64,000 bases of DNA, taken from NCBI RefSeq assembly GCF_004010195.1, contig NC_057719.1:74805358-74869357 (forward strand), given 5' to 3'. Below, piece by piece: positions 13,451 through 25,655 of this stretch. Both the position numbers and the translations under genes were made by a program. Each line of letters starts with the position of its first letter. The stretch's first letter is position 1. The notes below the pieces were generated by a model. The model did not search any database, had not been told where the DNA came from, and saw only the letters and a list, made by a program, of their open reading frames with translations. The DNA is from Chiloscyllium plagiosum (lineage: Eukaryota).

Positions 13451-13989
13451 GTTTTGTCCATTGAAAGATCTGCAAGGATGGCCTTAAGTGACCTGTATAT
13501 TGTTCTGTTTGCCTGGTTAGTAGGTTGTGCTTGACTTCTGGTTAAAATTTAGATCAGAGACACTGACTATGTCCTGACTACATTGAGGAATTATGGCACA
13601 AGTGTGCAGCCTGTTGTTCCTTTATAATGTTTTGGTCCACCATCATGCTACACTGTCATTCTTCCATTTTAAGAGCCAGTGTTGAGCAGGAAGTACTTTT
13701 CAGCTTGTACATGCTCGGTTAACCCATTTATAAGGAGGACGCAAGGGTGTGTGTGTTTGTGTGTGTCTTACCAAATAGAATGAAGGTATTTTCCAAAAGG
13801 GTGTAGAAAGGAAGTTAAATTTAGAGATTAACCTGCCTTGTCTTTTTTATCAATCATCTTAGAGCTAGTTACTTGTCAGGTTGGGATTAGTAAACTTGTT
13901 ACCTTAGTAACTTTTTGAGAACTTGAAAGGGGAAAAAGATCCAGCAATGAGAAACTATGATAATTATAGAGCGCAACTCTATTATTCTA

Positions 13990-14185
13990 GTTTACGTAGG
14001 GATGTGTGTATACGGAACAAGCTGCCAGATGAATTAGTGAATGCAGGTTACAGTTACAACACTTAGAAGACATTGGGGCAGGTACATGGATTAGACAGAT
14101 TTAGAGGGATATGGGCCGAATGTACGCAAATGGGAGTAGTTCAGCTTAGGAAACTTGGACAGAATGGATGAGTTGCTTTTCATGA
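13990..14185 (+). mobile_element. CR1 LINE 3' UTR fragment
   Basis: ggaacaagctgccagatg...ttagagggatatgggccgaatg matches the 3' ends of the other CR1 copies in the window. Confidence 0.65.
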
Positions 14186-14530
14186 TCACTTCACATCTCC
14201 AAGTGTTTTGCAACCAGCGATGAACATTTGGAAAGGTAGTCTGCCTTGCAATGTAGAAAGTGCAGCAGACAATTTGCACTCCGACTTATTTTTGTGATGT
14301 TGGGTTGAGGAATAAACATGAGCAAGGAAATCAATTCTTTGAAATAGCACACCTGAGAAGGTAAATGGGGCCATCAGTTTAATGAACCATCTCAAAGTCA
14401 GTACCTCTGACAGTGCAACGCCCCTTCAGTGTTGTAACTGGAGCGATTTTTGTGCCAAAATGCTGGAATGGGACTTGAACCTGGAAGCTAGTGATTCAGA
14501 AGTGTGAGTGCTACCGACTGAGCCACATCT
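14186..14530 (-). mobile_element. Deu-domain SINE (SacSINE1/AmnSINE1-like), decayed
   Basis: cagtacctctgacagtgcaacgccccttcagt is the reverse complement of the Deu core; the tRNA-like head is gggacttgaacc...ctaccgactgagccaca. Confidence 0.6.
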
Positions 14531-15887
14531 GCCACCCAAAGCAAGAACTTAGATTTCCATAATGCTCTCCACACAGAAAAGGATGTCCATGCATTTTAAT
14601 AAATGTTGGAGAAAAAGTAAGTAGATATTGAAGATAAGGAAAAAGGGGGAAAGAGAAAGGCTTGTATCTTCAACTGGGCCATTTGGCCCTTCGGATCTGA
14701 GCTGACACTTTGAGAGAGCTGTCCCATTTAATCCCATGTGCCCCAGCTTTTCCTGTAGCCTTGAATTTGCTTCTCTTCAAATATCTATCAAAGTTTGATT
14801 ATAAATTTGAAATGCATATCCAGTTGGTTTCTTTTTGAAAGCTCCTTTGGCATTAGTTTTGAATGAGTGTGTGCGAGTCATAATAGTCTCCTGTCTGAAA
14901 AGTATTTCCCCTCTGGTTCATTTGCAAAATTACTTTTAAGTCTGTGACTTCCCCAAGGGAATAGTTTTGCCCTATTTGCATCGTCAAAATCGCTCCTGAT
15001 TTTTGAAGAAGGGTTTGGAGGTGTTAAAAGCACAACAGAGGAGAGGAATTTGAAGGAGGCTTTTTACATCAGACTGAGAGGTTAGAAAAAGAAATGGTGG
15101 AGAATGGGCTGCTGATTATTTGAAGAACACTGCCAGAATGAAAAGTCACTGGTTGAGGGACAGCATGGCCCTGCTTGGATAGGCTGAGAGAAATTATGGA
15201 AGTATTTGAAATCTTGAATAATCTTTAAAAGCGAATTGGCAGGAGCACGGCGTTCGTGCATCTTGGCAAGGATGGGGTACAGATAAGGGATGTCAGCTAC
15301 TAGTTCTTAAGTTGAGATGTAGACGAGAGAGGCTGAGGAGCAAGTCTTAGCTTTATCTGAGTCTGCAGCAGACCACTCAATGGCTTGGACACAGTGGATA
15401 ATGGGAAATTGTGAAGGTTGGTGCACAGTGCTGTAAGGACACATAACTGACTTTTCCGCACTGCATCTGGACAGACCCAGCAAAATCGCCCTTCATCGAC
15501 TTCTGAGGTGCCCAAGGCATACATTAGATTTTCAGCATCTGAGGAAAAGGCATATTTGTAAGCTGGAAGAAAGAGGGCCCTGGTAATGTTAGTAGGGAGC
15601 AGCAGACTCAACTGTATGGCCAAGGATCAGTATGGCTGGGTTCATTCAAATTGTGATAACAGATGGATGATTGTAACGAGTGGGAATGCTGTGAAGTTTA
15701 GTGGAGGAGCTGAAGAGATAGAGTTGCTTATAGCTGTTTCGTAACAGAGTTGTCGATTTTGCTATCATCTATTCCTTCCCCTAACTTCCTGAAATATAAT
15801 GCCTGTTTCATTAAAATAACTTAATGAGACAGTTCGTTAATGGACCTGTACATTTAACTGTGATTTGTACTTACCTTCCTATTTTAG

Positions 15888-16038
15888 GTAAGGAGGAAAT
15901 GCTGATGGCAAAGGATTTTGAGACAGCGACCCTGTCTGAAGTGAAGGCTATATTGAAAAAGCACGAGGCCTTTGAGAGTGACCTGGCAGCTCACCAGGAC
16001 CGTGTTGAACAGATCGCTGCAATCGCCCAGGAGCTCAA
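15888..16038 (+). CDS. ACTN1: ACTN1 coding exon (equivalent to exon 12); 151 nt, phase 1-2
   Basis: attttag acceptor and CAA|gtatgt donor. Translates (G)[49 protein letters not shown](N). Confidence 0.97.
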
Positions 16039-16499
16039 GTATGTATTTCAGTGAAGCTTTGCTTTTAAAGAAGGCAAAAGATTGGAAACTGCCCTGAGTG
16101 AATGCTCCATGGGGAGATATCCTCCAGGGACATTTAAATCTAAATGAATTGGTTTGAAGTTGCGTTGTATTGGTGCTGTACTTGTCAACCCTGGTTGTGT
16201 TTCCTCCGATCGAGAAACTGCCTGTCACCTAATTGTTGGCAACGGCCTAGAAAGGCAAATGCCCATTGATACTTCACTGCTACCCATCATGCCCAATCCT
16301 CTGCTTGTGTAGGAGTGAAACATTGGGCAGAAGAACCATCCTGCCACTGTGTCAGATGACCCTCCCTCCCCCACGAGCTCAGGCCTTTGACTTAGTACAG
16401 CAAAATACTGAGCTGGTTATGTCAAATGTGATTATGCGTCTGCCTGTGAAGAAGTAAAACTGTAGAAATAGTTTGTTTTGTAGATATACGCCCGGTAAC

Positions 16500-16925
16500 C
16501 TCCTGGCTCAGCAGTTTCACAATCCCCTTCATGACGGAGTCATGACTTCAAATCCCATTCCAGAGACTAGAGTCCATGATCTAGCTACCACATCAATGCT
16601 GTAGTGAGGGAGTGCTGCAATGAGAGGTGCTGTCTTTTGAGTGAGATTATAGACCAAGGCTGCTTCTGCCTTGGGTATAAGTAAAAGATCCCACTGTTTA
16701 AGGAAGAGTGGGAGAATTCTTCTGACATACTGGCCATCATTGATACTTTGGCCAATATTATTATCCACTCATTCATCTTATTATCTTGTTGGACCTTGCT
16801 GTGAGCAAATTGGCTGTTGTATTTGCTTTATATCTGACCAATGATAACGGAGAAGTATTGTGATGCACTTTAGGAGATTCCAGGATATGAAAGACACTAC
16901 ATTAGCGCAAGTTTGTTCTTCTTTC
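16500..16925 (+). mobile_element. Deu-domain SINE (SacSINE1/AmnSINE1-like), near full length
   Basis: B-box-like ttcaaatccc, core gagggagtgctgcaatgagaggtgctgtcttttgagtgaga, gtaaaagatccca, and ttgctgtgagcaaattggctg. Confidence 0.7.
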
Positions 16926-17115
16926 TGCTTTGATGTTTCTGCACTAAAATCCCCATACGAAAAGTTAGCCGCAGGGCCGTTTCTAGACAAACAGTAGCGT
17001 GTTCATTTTCAGCACTCAAATATGAAGGGAGATTTTGTTGGGGATGGGGTACTGATGAACCTTTGTTGTTGGTATGTAGCCATGAGATAAGATGAGTAAT
17101 TTCTGACTTTTGCAG

Positions 17116-17224
17116 TGAGCTGGATTACTGGGATTCCCCAAGTGTGAATGAAAGATGCCAGAAGATCTGTGACCAATGGGACAATCTAGGAGCCCTGACC
17201 CAGAAGAGGAGAGATGCCTTGGAG
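17116..17224 (+). CDS. ACTN1: ACTN1 coding exon (equivalent to exon 13); 109 nt, phase 2-0; not represented in the ORF track
   Basis: ttttgcag acceptor and GAG|gtattt donor. Read manually as (N)[36 protein letters not shown]. Confidence 0.96.
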
Positions 17225-19106
17225 GTATTTTCGACTTCAACCAGTGTCTTGTGAACATAGTTTCTATTTTACTTCAATGTTTGTATGTGTGGTAGCTGCA
17301 ACAGAGATTGTGCAGAGAGCCCACAGGCCAAATTTTATTTTTTAAATGGATGAACAAAACAATAGAGATGACATTCAACCTTACAAAACTTCGGTCAGAT
17401 CCAAGTGGAGTGCTCCTTATCATTTCGGACACCGTGTTTGAGGGCATTCTGGTTTGGAGGGGATTTTGTTAAAAATCTTTAGAAACTTTGAGGGTAAATA
17501 AAGACAAATGATGTCTTCCTGTCAGAAAGTCTTCACAATCAGGGGCTTCATATTAGTGCCAGGAAGTCGCCATGCAGTGTGTGGCGGAAACCTGAATCCA
17601 TGTCCCCCACCAGCGCCCAATCCCCGCCCCTCTCCTCAAAAGGAGAACCTGTTGAGGTTGAGGAGCAACTGGGGAAAAAAAAATTCCAAACTGAGATTAG
17701 TGCAGTAATTGAGGCTTAAGGAATTGAGGCAGGTTGATGGAGTTAAGTTGCCAAATCGGCCATGATCTGATGCAGTGGCAGAACAGGCTCAAGGGCCTAC
17801 TCCTATTCTGAAAAAGGGAGTGATTAGTTTTAGTCAAGCCTTGTTCATAGTCTGGAACCACTGCTTCAAGTTCAGTGAGTCAAATTAATTTATGATGAAA
17901 GTTTGGCTCAACAGCCAGCTTTTCCTGCAATAACCTGGAACATTATCAATATTTTCTAATCGACCTGTTCCTGGCTCACCTCTGGAGCAGATGAGACTTG
18001 AATCCAAGCCTCCTGGCTCAGAGGTAGGGATACCACCACTGCCCTTAGTTTCTGAGAGCAGGCATTTTCAGACTACCATGGCCATTGGCACCTGTAACAT
18101 TTCACCGGAGGGTGAAAATGGGTACAATCAATTCACTCGGTGATCAAGCAGTTAAATCTATTTTGGTTTTGGAAATGGTGGAAAGGCTTATTAATCTGGT
18201 CAGTTAGAACATCCCTGGACTGTTATTCTGTATACCATACTTGTAAAGAATCAGTCACTTTTCAAAAGTTAGCATAACAGGAATGATTTAATGTTTTCAA
18301 TGCTCAGCCTGTATTGATGGGGTTGGAGGTAAGAGCTCACTTGTATTATGCTCTGTGGGTTCTTTACATTGTTGACGCTGGTGGTAGTAAACCAGAAGAT
18401 GCTGGAGCTGAGGGGGATTCAGCTGAGATAATCATGGGAGGAACCTAAGTAGTGACAGTGCTGACAGTCTCTAATCCGGCCCATTAGTGGGGGATCTTAT
18501 GATTGCACTTGGCCAGACTCCAAAGCTGATTGCAGTGTTTATTAAATTCCTTAGAAATCTGCTTTGTCTTCATAACTTACCTATCTCATATGTTAGAGAG
18601 CTCTAGTAAACCTAGTCATGTTTATACATCTCAGTTACTAAAACGTTGAGTGTTTGTCTCATGGTTTAGTCTATAACTCAAATGAATGGAGCATAAATTT
18701 AGTGACTGAGACTCACTTTTGCTCATGTACATCAGTTGAATGCTATTTCAACATCTAGATAGATTTTAATCAACATTCAGAGATGTTATTACATCCCTCT
18801 GGAACAGGTGGGACTTGAACCTGGGCCTCCTGGCCCAAACATATGGGCACTACCACAACAGCCCTCTATATTTAGACATCTAGGGTAGATATCAAGATTG
18901 TTTTCAGCTACAGAGTGCTAATGTGTGCAAGACTGCATGATGAAAGCAAACAGTGGTGAAACAAAGCCTAATTGTGAAGGTGAAGGAAGAATTGGTTTTA
19001 AAATTGCTGGCCAGGTTATATATTGTTCATGCAGTATTCAGATATTTTATCAGATGATGTCGATTGAACTGTTGACCAATCTGTATGAGTAGCGGGTTTC
19101 CGTCTC

Positions 19107-19341
19107 TGAAATAACTCCCCAGAGGCCAATATCCCGTCACCAAGTCACCCTTTATTTACACATACACAGTACATGACACTGATCCAGCTCCCTCAGAGCC
19201 GGCTCTGAGTGAACAGAATCTCCTGACACTCCTGTTTATATCTGTCAGCCAGAGCTACCTGATTGGGACTGCTAACCTGGAGCAATCAGGGAACTCCTAT
19301 TCTATGAGGTCCTCCTGGCTGACCTCATGGCAATCACTATA
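19107..19341 (-). mobile_element. Solo LTR, probably Gypsy-like
   Basis: TGAAAT...ACTATA termini (TG...CA with one change), near-TSD gtctc/ctctc, and minus-strand AATAAA and TATAAA motifs. Confidence 0.6.
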
Positions 19342-19669
19342 CTCTCCACATCGGTTCCTCTGCATGGTGACTTTGGTGAAGCTCAGGCACTGTTGTCTTT
19401 TCCTGACCTGTTGCATCCATTTCTAACTTGTCATTTTTGTCGTGGGAAAACTGCAGGGAAGTTGATTAAACCATCCATATCATGCAAGCTGACATCTCCT
19501 AGTAGCTCTGGCCTGTGTCTGGATATTTTTGCTGTCAAGGGAATTTTGTTTGTGGAAACCATAAAACTGTTGAAGGATGAACGATACATGGGATGGAGTA
19601 TTTTGAGAATATAAAGAGCAAGATCAGAACAAGAAAAACTGTTTCTTAAGAAAAAGAAGCTTTCAGAAA

Positions 19670-20520
19670 GGGAATGACACCAAAATTGGACAGTGAAGAA
19701 CATTATCTCAGAGTACAACAGGACCTTGATCAATGGGAGTGGCAAATGGAGTTTAATTTAGTTAAGTGTGAAGTATTGCACTTTAGTAAGGCAAATCAGG
19801 GTAGTAATTGTATATTTAATGGTAAGGTCCTGGTGAGTGTTATTGAACAAAGAGGTACAGGTTCCTCGTTCATTGAAAGTGGAGTTGCAGATAGGGTAGT
19901 GAAGAAACTATTTGATACACTTGCCTTTATTGGTCAGTGCATTGATTACAGGAATTGGGGTGCCATGTTGTGGCTGTGAAAAAAAAACAAAAAAAAAAAA
20001 ATTTGGTTAGGCCACTTGTGGAATACTACATTCAGCTCTGGTCTCCTGCTATAGGAAAGATTTTGTTAAACTTGCGTGAGTTCAGGAAACATTCACAAGG
20101 ATGTTGCTGGGACTGGAGGGTTTGCGCTATAAGGAGAGGCTGAATTGGCTGGGGCTTTTTTTCTTTGAACATTGGAGGCTGAGGGATGAGCTTATAGAGG
20201 TGTATAAAATCATGAGGGGCATGGATAGGGTGAAGAGACAAGGTCTTTTCCCTAAGATGGGAGGAGTCCAAAACTAGAGGGCATAGGTTTAGGGTGAGTG
20301 GGGAAAGATTTAAAGGGATCTAAGAGGCAATTTGTTCACACACAGGTTGGTGCGCGTATGGAATGAGCTGCCAGAGGAAGTGGTGGAGGTATGAATAGGA
20401 AGGGTTGAGAGGGATATGGCCAAATGCTGGCAAATGGGACTCTGTTAGATTGAGTTGCCTGGTCAGCAGAGGCGAGTTGGACCAAAAGGTGTGTTTCTTT
20501 CTGAATGACTGTATGACTCT
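19670..20520 (+). mobile_element. 5'-truncated CR1 (HER1-like) LINE: RT C-terminus and 3' UTR
   Basis: WQMEFNLVKCEVLHF and LVRPLVEYYIQLWSP, with frameshifts; ends in atgactgtatgactct. Confidence 0.9.
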
Positions 20521-21441
20521 AAGGATTGCAAAGAAATGGACTGCTCAAAAGAGCTTTCCTTTTCTTGAATCAACGCAAGAACAGCATCAAAAGACACTGT
20601 CCATAGATTTTGAAGTACTCATAGCTTGGGATTGGCTTAAGCTTTGTCTCCAGTTACAACTATTGGCAGCAAAACAGTTGTTTGGATAACTTATTGGGGG
20701 AACAACTTCAGCTGCAAGAAGGCTTCAAACATTCCCATTTCAGAACTCAAGAGTAACTAAGACCAAGAATTTCCATAGATGAAAAAGGAATAAATGCAGA
20801 ACTGCTGAAGGTTGGAGAAAGAGAGAAATAAGAAGATGATGTGTTTCTAAAGAATGGGAAGCATCTCATTTTCTTTGCTCTATATCTAGAGCTCATGATT
20901 TTGCAAGGCAGCGTTATTGAGAATGGAAAGGTGGTTGAGAGTATCTATTGGGATGTCATCTGAAGGACCTTGGATAATCACACATTACTGTAGGGAGTGA
21001 ATTAGTTGGATTATGACTTGAAAAGATGTAAATGGTGAAAAGAGAAAATATATTAGGGAACATTGATTGAATGATAAGTATGTCAGAGGATGTTAACTAC
21101 AACATTTTTGAGGAATTCAGTATTCATGAACAGAATTTAAGTGGGAGTTTGAAAATTGCACAGAAATGAACAATATAAAATGCTGCCAAAGACTTTGAAC
21201 ATGTCCAAGATTAGTTAATCACCAGATTGTTCAAGTGCAGAGTTCCAGAGAATGCAATGTTGGCAGTAAATCTGTGCTGAAAACCAGACAGAAGATGATG
21301 TATTAGGCCAGAGCTGTAGGTGATGGATAATTTGAATATTAACAAATACTGAGTATTAAAGCCAAAACGTCTGCATGTAGTCCTCACTTAGCAATGCCAT
21401 AGGGGTGAATGATCAAACAAGCTTCCGTTTAATATCAGTGA

Positions 21442-22110
<669 letters not shown>

Positions 22111-22114
22111 ACCA

Positions 22115-22350
22115 AATAAAAGCAAAATATTGCAGCTGCTGGAAGTCTGAAATGAAACAAAGTGCTGGAGAAACTTATGGTAGCAACTGTGGAGAGAGAA
22201 AAACAGTGTTGACATTTTAAGTCCAAAAGACTGTTCCTCAGAACCCAATTCTGACTGCTGAAGAAGAGTCACATCAGACCCCGAAATGTTAGCTTTGCTT
22301 TTCTCTTTCAACAGAAGCTGCCAGACCTGCTGGGTTCTCCAACTTTCTTG
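22115..22350 (+). mobile_element. Older imperfect palindromic PLE-derived element with a hammerhead relic
   Basis: Arms gtgctggagaaact / ggttctccaactt and gagagagaaaaacag / ctttgctttctcttt. Core relic CTGAAGA-agagtc...gac-GAAATGTTA at 22258-22291. Confidence 0.6.
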
Positions 22351-23424
22351 TAGTTTTATCTCCTAAGATAACCACTTCATTCCACGCATCAGTCGAATGA
22401 ATCTCCTCTGATTTGCTGTTCATGCAATTATGTCCTTTCTTATATAAGGAAATCAAACTATAAACAGTACTTGACATATGGTCGCAACAATGTCTTGAAC
22501 AACTACGGTAAAACGTCCCAAATTTTACATGCTCTTGCAGTATATGAAAACATTCCATTTGCAGTGCTATCGTCGCCCATTTCAGACACTCCATTTCAGA
22601 AAAAGCAACAAAAGATATCATTGACTCGCTCTTTGGAACAAACCATTGCTTGTCAGGTTGCCTGACACAGGACACCATCCACTGTGGTACATTTAAGTTT
22701 GTATTTGGCCGCACAGATGCAACGCTAATAAAAACAGACTTGCAAGTTGCTATCTGTGAGTCATCCTGACATTGTGCGTCAGGGAGAATCATGATAAGTG
22801 GCACTCCCACATGCACAGGACAATGGGAATCTGCGTCACTTAAACATTGAAGAGCTTTGTTTACTACCACCCCCTTCAGTTTATTTAAACTTAACATTTT
22901 TATAAACTAAAACATTAAACCTGCTTGACGGTTCTCTTGGGTGAGACCTGTATCCACTGCATATCATTATGATTGTCGTCTCATTTTCTCATATTATTCA
23001 ACTGAATCTGTATTATTACACATCATATTGTCCCCATGTCTATCTCCTCTTTGGCTGTGCTGATTTTAACTGTTATATTTGACCAATCAAAAGCAGTGCT
23101 GTAAAGTACAAGTCACAATTTTCACTCTCCCATCAGTCTGTCAATCACTTTCATCACCACCTGATTTATTTTGTTATATTTATATATGTCCTATACAGTC
23201 CAGCCTTGGCATTTTCATGATGAGTTTTGACACAGTAGGTATTTCTTTAGGTAATGGGTACAGTAGGGCGACAAACCAAATTCTATCAGAACTGAAATGC
23301 AATTCAGTCAAATCACTTAAGTGCTGGAAGGCACTGCATTCCACATTGAACTGACAAAGGACCCTCTGACCAGTGACCAAGTAATTCACGTGCTGGCAAA
23401 ATGACAGTTTTATTGTCACGAGGA

Positions 23425-24100
23425 TCATAAAACATGGGAGCTGAAGTAGACCATTGAACTGCTCAGACGTTGAGTGAGATCATGGCTGATCTGAAAAATC
23501 TCATCTCCACTTTTCGTGCCTTTTCCCAATAATCCTTGATTCCCTGACTGATCAAAAATCTGTCTATCTCAGCCTTGAAGATTCTTTAGAACATTAAAAC
23601 TAGGAGCAGAGAAGGCCCACCAACCTGCTCCTCCATTCAGTGTAATCATGGTTGACCTCATCTCAGCCCCTCAACTCCAATTTCCTGCCTGTTTTCCATA
23701 ACCCTTCTTCCCCTTACTAATTGAAGATATATTTCCTCCTTTAAACTTACTGAATACCCTGACATCCGCTGCACACCATGGTAGTGAGTTCCACAGATTC
23801 TCAACCCTTTGAGAGAAGTGATTCCTCCTAATCTTGAAATCAAATTTATCACCCTTAATCTAAAACTGCAGCCTGTCATTGTAGATGGCCCCACAGGAGG
23901 ACACATCCACTTGACATCTACTTTGTCAGTTCCCTTCGGCGTCTTCTATCAATTAGATCGCCTCTCATTCTTGTAAACTCTGGAGAGTACAGTCCTAAAC
24001 TGTTCAATCTCTCCTGCATAAAACAAACTCCTCATCCCTGGAATCAATCTCGTGAACCTCTTCTGAACTAACTTCAATGCAACTGTATTCCTCTTCAATA
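23425..24100 (-). mobile_element. Two nested or adjacent old CR1 3' fragments
   Basis: Minus-strand ALKLVQKRFTRLIPGMRSL; two separate 3' tails near 23430 and 23590. Confidence 0.7.
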
Positions 24101-24224
24101 GGAAGAATTTTCTGTGCCAGAGGTATGTTCTAATGTGTTTCAACAGCTCGATTTTAAAATATCAACAAGTTATGTGTGGAACATGCACATTTTTGCCTGA
24201 AATCCCTCTAGCCACTATCTTCTT

Positions 24225-24570
24225 AAGAAATGACTGGCACACCTTGAGTTTATACAGTACATTTTGCATCTCCCAGGGCATCACTATTATGTCGTAGGCA
24301 GCTGATCGATGCAAAGCATGATCCCACAAGAGATAACTTAGATAAATAACCACTGGTTACACTGGTGTCGCCAGAAGGAGGAATATTGTCCAGGACACTA
24401 GGCCAATACTTCCCTTTAGAGACTGTTCTTGAATCTTCCGTGCACCCAAACAAAGCACCAATCAGAAAGGTACAATCTTCCACATTACAGCATTCCCTCG
24501 AGCAAGGTTATATATTCCAGGACAGGACTCTCTGGTAATGAACAAGAATGTTGTCAACTGAGCTAAATTA
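24225..24570 (-). mobile_element. Deu-domain SINE, decayed
   Basis: Reverse-complement similarity to 16500-16925 (acagcattccctc, gaatcttccgtgcaccc). Confidence 0.45.
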
Positions 24571-24889
24571 CACTATTTATTCTGTGTTTTTTAATCTAGT
24601 TAAATTATTTAATATCTTTGTTGAAATAGAATTTCATGTGAATTAATCCAGTTTATCAGTTTGGCTTTTGGAGTGTATAACATTTTGTTGAATGCTATGT
24701 TGAGCATGACAATGTCTGTACAGTAGTGATGTGTACAGTTAACACAGCTGTTCTAGTGTGTTTTTTTACCTTTTACCTTTATGTTCATTGCCCATAATTT
24801 TGTGAAATGATTTGGAAAGTCTCAGCCAAAAACCATCTGTCTTTGTTGTTGTAGAGTAAGCATGTAGGTCGTGTTTGTTTGGCTATGTT

Positions 24890-25165
24890 ACAAACCTGTG
24901 ACCTCTACCACCAAGATGCACAAGGGAGCGCCACCACCTTGAAGTTCCCCATCAAGGTCCATACCATGCTGACTTGGGCATGTTTCACAGCTCATTCACC
25001 CTGACTGGATCAGAATCCTGGATTTCCCTCTCTGTGCAGTGGAAGAACAATTACCTCATGGAATGCAATAGCTCTCCACCATTGACTTGAGAACAACAAG
25101 GGGTGGATAGTAAATGCTGCCCTTTCCACTGACACCCACATCCTCAAGATTAAACTTTTTTTAAA
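24890..25165 (+). mobile_element. 3' fragment of the CR1/L2-group LINE family
   Basis: caaacctgtgacctctaccaccaag...agtaaatgctgcc, similar to 9240-9515. Confidence 0.5.
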
Positions 25166-25337
25166 GACGCATGTGTAATTCACTTGTGCCACATCGGTGT
25201 TGCAGATCCCTCATTTTCCAGAGTGGTTTGATCCAATTGTTGGAAGTCTGAAACCACTTTGCAGGGCAGTTCAGAGTTGGTGAGGGACTGCAGTCACATA
25301 TAGGCCAAACTGGGTAAGGGTTTGCCGCCTTATATTT

Positions 25338-25655
25338 GGGGCGGCACAGTGGCTAGCACTGCTGCCTCACAACGCCAGGGACTTGAGTTCGATTCCAGCC
25401 TCGGTCAACTGTCTGTATGGAGTTTGCACATTCTCCCCGTGTCTGTGTGCATGTGTGTGTGTGTTCCGGTTTCCTCCTACAATCCAACAATGTGCATGTA
25501 GGTGAATTGGCTGTGCTAAATTATCCATAGTCCTAGGTACATTAGTCAGGGTAAATGTAGGGGAATCAGTCTGGATGGGTTACTCTTTGGAGGGTCGGTG
25601 TGGACTTGTTGGGCCGAAGGGCATGTTTCCAAACTGTAGGGAATCTAATCTAATC
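25338..25655 (+). mobile_element. HE1-type SINE nested inside an older minus-strand SINE (about 25255-25850)
   Basis: ggggcggcacagtggctagcactgctgcctcac, core and (aatct)n tail. The flanks match the second SINE family in reverse. Confidence 0.85.

Noticed and set aside
22289..22897. 202-aa minus-strand ORF
   Set aside because: No recognisable domain, it runs into a repeat, and it is antisense within an ACTN1 intron; likely chance.
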